Shown: in pieces, positions 62,046 to 64,000 of the stretch
How the letters are laid out: each line of letters opens with the position of its first letter
Numbering within the stretch: the first letter of the stretch is position 1
DNA from: Pseudomonadota bacterium
GTDB taxonomy: Bacteria > Pseudomonadota > Gammaproteobacteria > Burkholderiales > Methylophilaceae
Assembly (NCBI GenBank): GCA_040387035.1
Contig: JAZKEN010000032.1
Location: forward strand, 21 to 64,020
Length of the DNA: 64,000 nucleotides
Direction: 5' to 3'
Position numbers and translations under genes: made by a program
The notes under the pieces: generated by a model
Databases searched by the model: none
The model's input: the letters and a program-made list of their open reading frames with translations, nothing else
What the model was told of the DNA's origin: nothing

Positions 62046-63314
62046 TTACTCCTGTGCCTGATGGGTAGAATGCTTCACAACATCACCTAAAATACGTTCG
62101 ATTTCCGCTATCGACTGGTGCGCATCCAACAGCGCCTGGATATACTGAGACTTGGCTTGAAACAAGGTGCGTTGCGCATCCAGCACGTCTAAAAATCCAA
62201 ACTTGCCTGCGCTGAATCCTTTGTTTGCCGCATCAAAAGCGCTTTGCGACGCAGGCAGAATTTCGCTACGCAAGGCTTCAGCAGTCTGCCTTGCCGCATC
62301 CAGACGTTCGTATTGGGTGGCAAGATTAGCCTCTAACTGTGCCCTCAGGGCGACCAATTCGTCTTGCGCTTTATATTGGCGGCTTACGGCTTCACGCAGA
62401 TTTCCCTGATTGCGGTCAAATACCGGGATGGGCACGCTTAGCCCAAGCAATGCCTGATTCAGGCCGCCAAGCTCCTGATTATTGAGTACACCTGCGCTGA
62501 TGGTGATATTGGGCGTGGATTTGCTGCGCGCTATCTTTGTCATACCGTCGCGCGCACTAATCTCCAGCTTGGCAAGACTAATCGCAGGCGCGTTTTCTAA
62601 AGCTGCTGACAAGTCTGTTAAGCCAGACACATGCGGGATATTTTCGACATCTCCTTGCGCGCTTTCAAATGCAGGAGAAGGATTACCCCACAAGGCACTT
62701 AAGCGTTTGCGGGCGCTGTTTAATTGGCTGACAGCCTGATTAAATGCTATCTTTGCGCTGGATTCGGCAATTTTGGATTTGGTTTCTTCTACCGGTGAAC
62801 TCTTACCCGCCTTAACACGTTTGGCGGCCGCATCCAATGCCAGGTTAGCCACCTCAAGGCTGGATTTACTCAGCTTTAATCGCTCTTGGGCAGCCAGCAA
62901 TTCATAAAAAGCATGGATGACATTGGCGTGAATTTCTGCCTTTTTACTGTCCAGTTCCGCTGTGGCTTTATTGTAGAAAGCATTCGCAGCTTCTATACGT
63001 GCTTCGCGCTTATTACCCAACTCAATTTCTTGATTCAGTTGTAAGAATATTTGACGCGTATCACTGCGTGTATCTTGTATAGAGGTTGACAGGGATGGAT
63101 TAGGCCTGGCCGCTGCCTGCGCCCTACTACCCTCAATCGCTTCACGTTCCCGTTCTGCAACAGCAATACTGGGATTGGCTTGCAACGCAAATCCCAGCGC
63201 CGCCTCAACCGCTAACGGACTCATTGGCTCAGTCAATTCTGCGCCAATGGCCAAATGACTGAATAAAGCCATGATCCACAATGGCTTAAAAAAATACTTA
63301 AAGATGAATAGCAC
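62046..63314 (-). CDS. czcC: TolC-family outer membrane channel, CzcC type; GTG start after a GGGAG RBS
   Basis: IELGNKR.AR, PIPVFDRNQG, FLDVLDAQRTL. Confidence 0.88.
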   Translation of the reverse strand: MLFIFKYFFKPLWIMALFSHLAIGAELTEPMSPLAVEAALGFALQANPSIAVAEREREAIEGSRAQAAARPNPSLSTSIQDTRSDTRQIFLQLNQEIELGNKREARIEAANAFYNKATAELDSKKAEIHANVIHAFYELLAAQERLKLSKSSLEVANLALDAAAKRVKAGKSSPVEETKSKIAESSAKIAFNQAVSQLNSARKRLSALWGNPSPAFESAQGDVENIPHVSGLTDLSAALENAPAISLAKLEISARDGMTKIARSKSTPNITISAGVLNNQELGGLNQALLGLSVPIPVFDRNQGNLREAVSRQYKAQDELVALRAQLEANLATQYERLDAARQTAEALRSEILPASQSAFDAANKGFSAGKFGFLDVLDAQRTLFQAKSQYIQALLDAHQSIAEIERILGDVVKHSTHQAQE

Positions 63315-63321
63315 GATGCTC

Positions 63322-63399
63322 TCCCAAATCGAATACAAATCAGATAACCCTGCGCATAGCAAAAGCTATGGCTAAGTTATCAGCGGATTGGATTTAGAA
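63322..63399 (-). promoter_or_regulatory. mRNA hairpin predicted to sequester the czcC Shine-Dalgarno
   Basis: mRNA UUCUAAAUC (63399-63391) pairs with GAUUUGGGA (63330-63322); inner stems GAUAAC/GUUAUC and CAUAGC-UUUU-GCUAUG. Confidence 0.6.
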
Positions 63400-63807
63400 T
63401 TGTGGCGGAGCGCGCGACGCAGGTAGCCGTCGCTTGAGGGACTCTTTGGCAACAAAGAGGAATGCAGGATTGGGTTGATGCTTAGACTGAAATACAAGAA
63501 TAAAACAAAAGCTGAAAACAAGAGCAATAACCGCTTTGATCAGTAGCACGCTATCGAAATCCGGTTTAATTCCAGAAGCGACTGAAACCGTATGTGACGC
63601 ATGCGGAACTCCGGATAAGGCATGGTCAGCCAAATTTTCCATGCTGATTGCTTCCTCGTGCTCATGACCAACATGAAAGCCAGTATTCTGAATAGGATGC
63701 TCACTATCCACATGGGCGTGAATAAACGGTTGCAATGCTTGCAGAATCGCAAAGCAGACAGCAACAGCCAGTGTAAACCACTTAGTTTTGTTTAAAACCA
63801 TGCTCAC
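63394..63807 (-). CDS. His-rich CzcI/DUF2946-like leader protein with C-terminal RAPP motif
   Basis: Signal-like N-terminus, 10 His, second hydrophobic segment, ends ...PASRAPPQF; directly upstream of czcC. Confidence 0.75.
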   Translation of the reverse strand: MSMVLNKTKWFTLAVAVCFAILQALQPFIHAHVDSEHPIQNTGFHVGHEHEEAISMENLADHALSGVPHASHTVSVASGIKPDFDSVLLIKAVIALVFSFCFILVFQSKHQPNPAFLFVAKESLKRRLPASRAPPQF

Positions 63808-63916
63808 AATCTATCAAACTTTAGCCGACAGGACAAACTATTTCCGCATACTTGTTACATGCGAATGGAAATCCATGTCAAACCTAGTGCTGGCACACAA
63901 CCTAATGTTTTCGAAC

Positions 63917-63949
63917 AATAAAAAACCACCGCAAGGGTGGTTTTTTATT
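63917..63949 (-). terminator. Terminator downstream of ssrA
   Basis: AATAAAAAACCACC-gcaag-GGTGGTTTTTTATT. Confidence 0.85.
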
Positions 63950-63952
63950 TTT

Positions 63953-64000
63953 TGGTGGAGATGGGGGGAATCGAACCCCCGTCCGCAAATCCTCCACAGA
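63953..64000 (-). ncRNA. ssrA: tmRNA, 3' end (remainder outside the window)
   Basis: Minus strand reads ...GAGGATTTGCGGACGGGGGTTCGATTCCCCCCATCTCCACCA: GGAC, T-arm, then an Ala-type UCCACCA acceptor end. Confidence 0.85.

Noticed and set aside
63953-64000. tRNA-Ala gene
   Set aside because: Sequence 5' of the T-arm does not form an anticodon arm and has the tmRNA-type GGAC context; called ssrA.
1-64000. CRISPR array, prophage or IS element
   Set aside because: No regularly spaced direct repeats and no cas, phage or transposase ORFs seen.

Overview
Chromosomal segment of a methylotrophic betaproteobacterium, most consistent with Methylophilaceae (Methylotenera-like; inferred from the H4MPT/methanofuran genes plus betaproteobacterial gene order). 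It runs from the 3' part of SRP RNA (ffs) to the 3' end of tmRNA (ssrA). Most of the window is housekeeping: dnaX-ybaB-recR, ompA-mtaD-ubiG-gph, hfq-hflXKC-hisZ-purA, gltX, rimO, rluD-pgeF/bamD and ndk-rlmN-pilW-rodZ-ispG-hisS-yfgM-bamB-der. There are two C1-metabolism clusters (dmrB/afp-orf20-orf19-mfnB and fhcBADC) and an AcrR-regulated RND pump. The right end (52.5-63.9 kb) is accessory and holds the two best leads. (1) A His-rich leader ORF ending in the ribosome-arrest motif RAPP, whose last codon and stop can base-pair with the Shine-Dalgarno of czcC; this suggests metal-responsive stalling control of czcCBA. (2) A four-gene envelope module (outer-membrane barrel, lipoprotein truncated globin with an apolar distal pocket, amicyanin-loop cupredoxin, membrane GGDEF-EAL protein) that looks like an uncharacterised gas/redox-to-c-di-GMP sensing system. 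Small ERIC-like and REP/dRS3-like repeats are present. No CRISPR array, integrase or transposase was seen. All family calls come from motif recognition by eye, not database searches.
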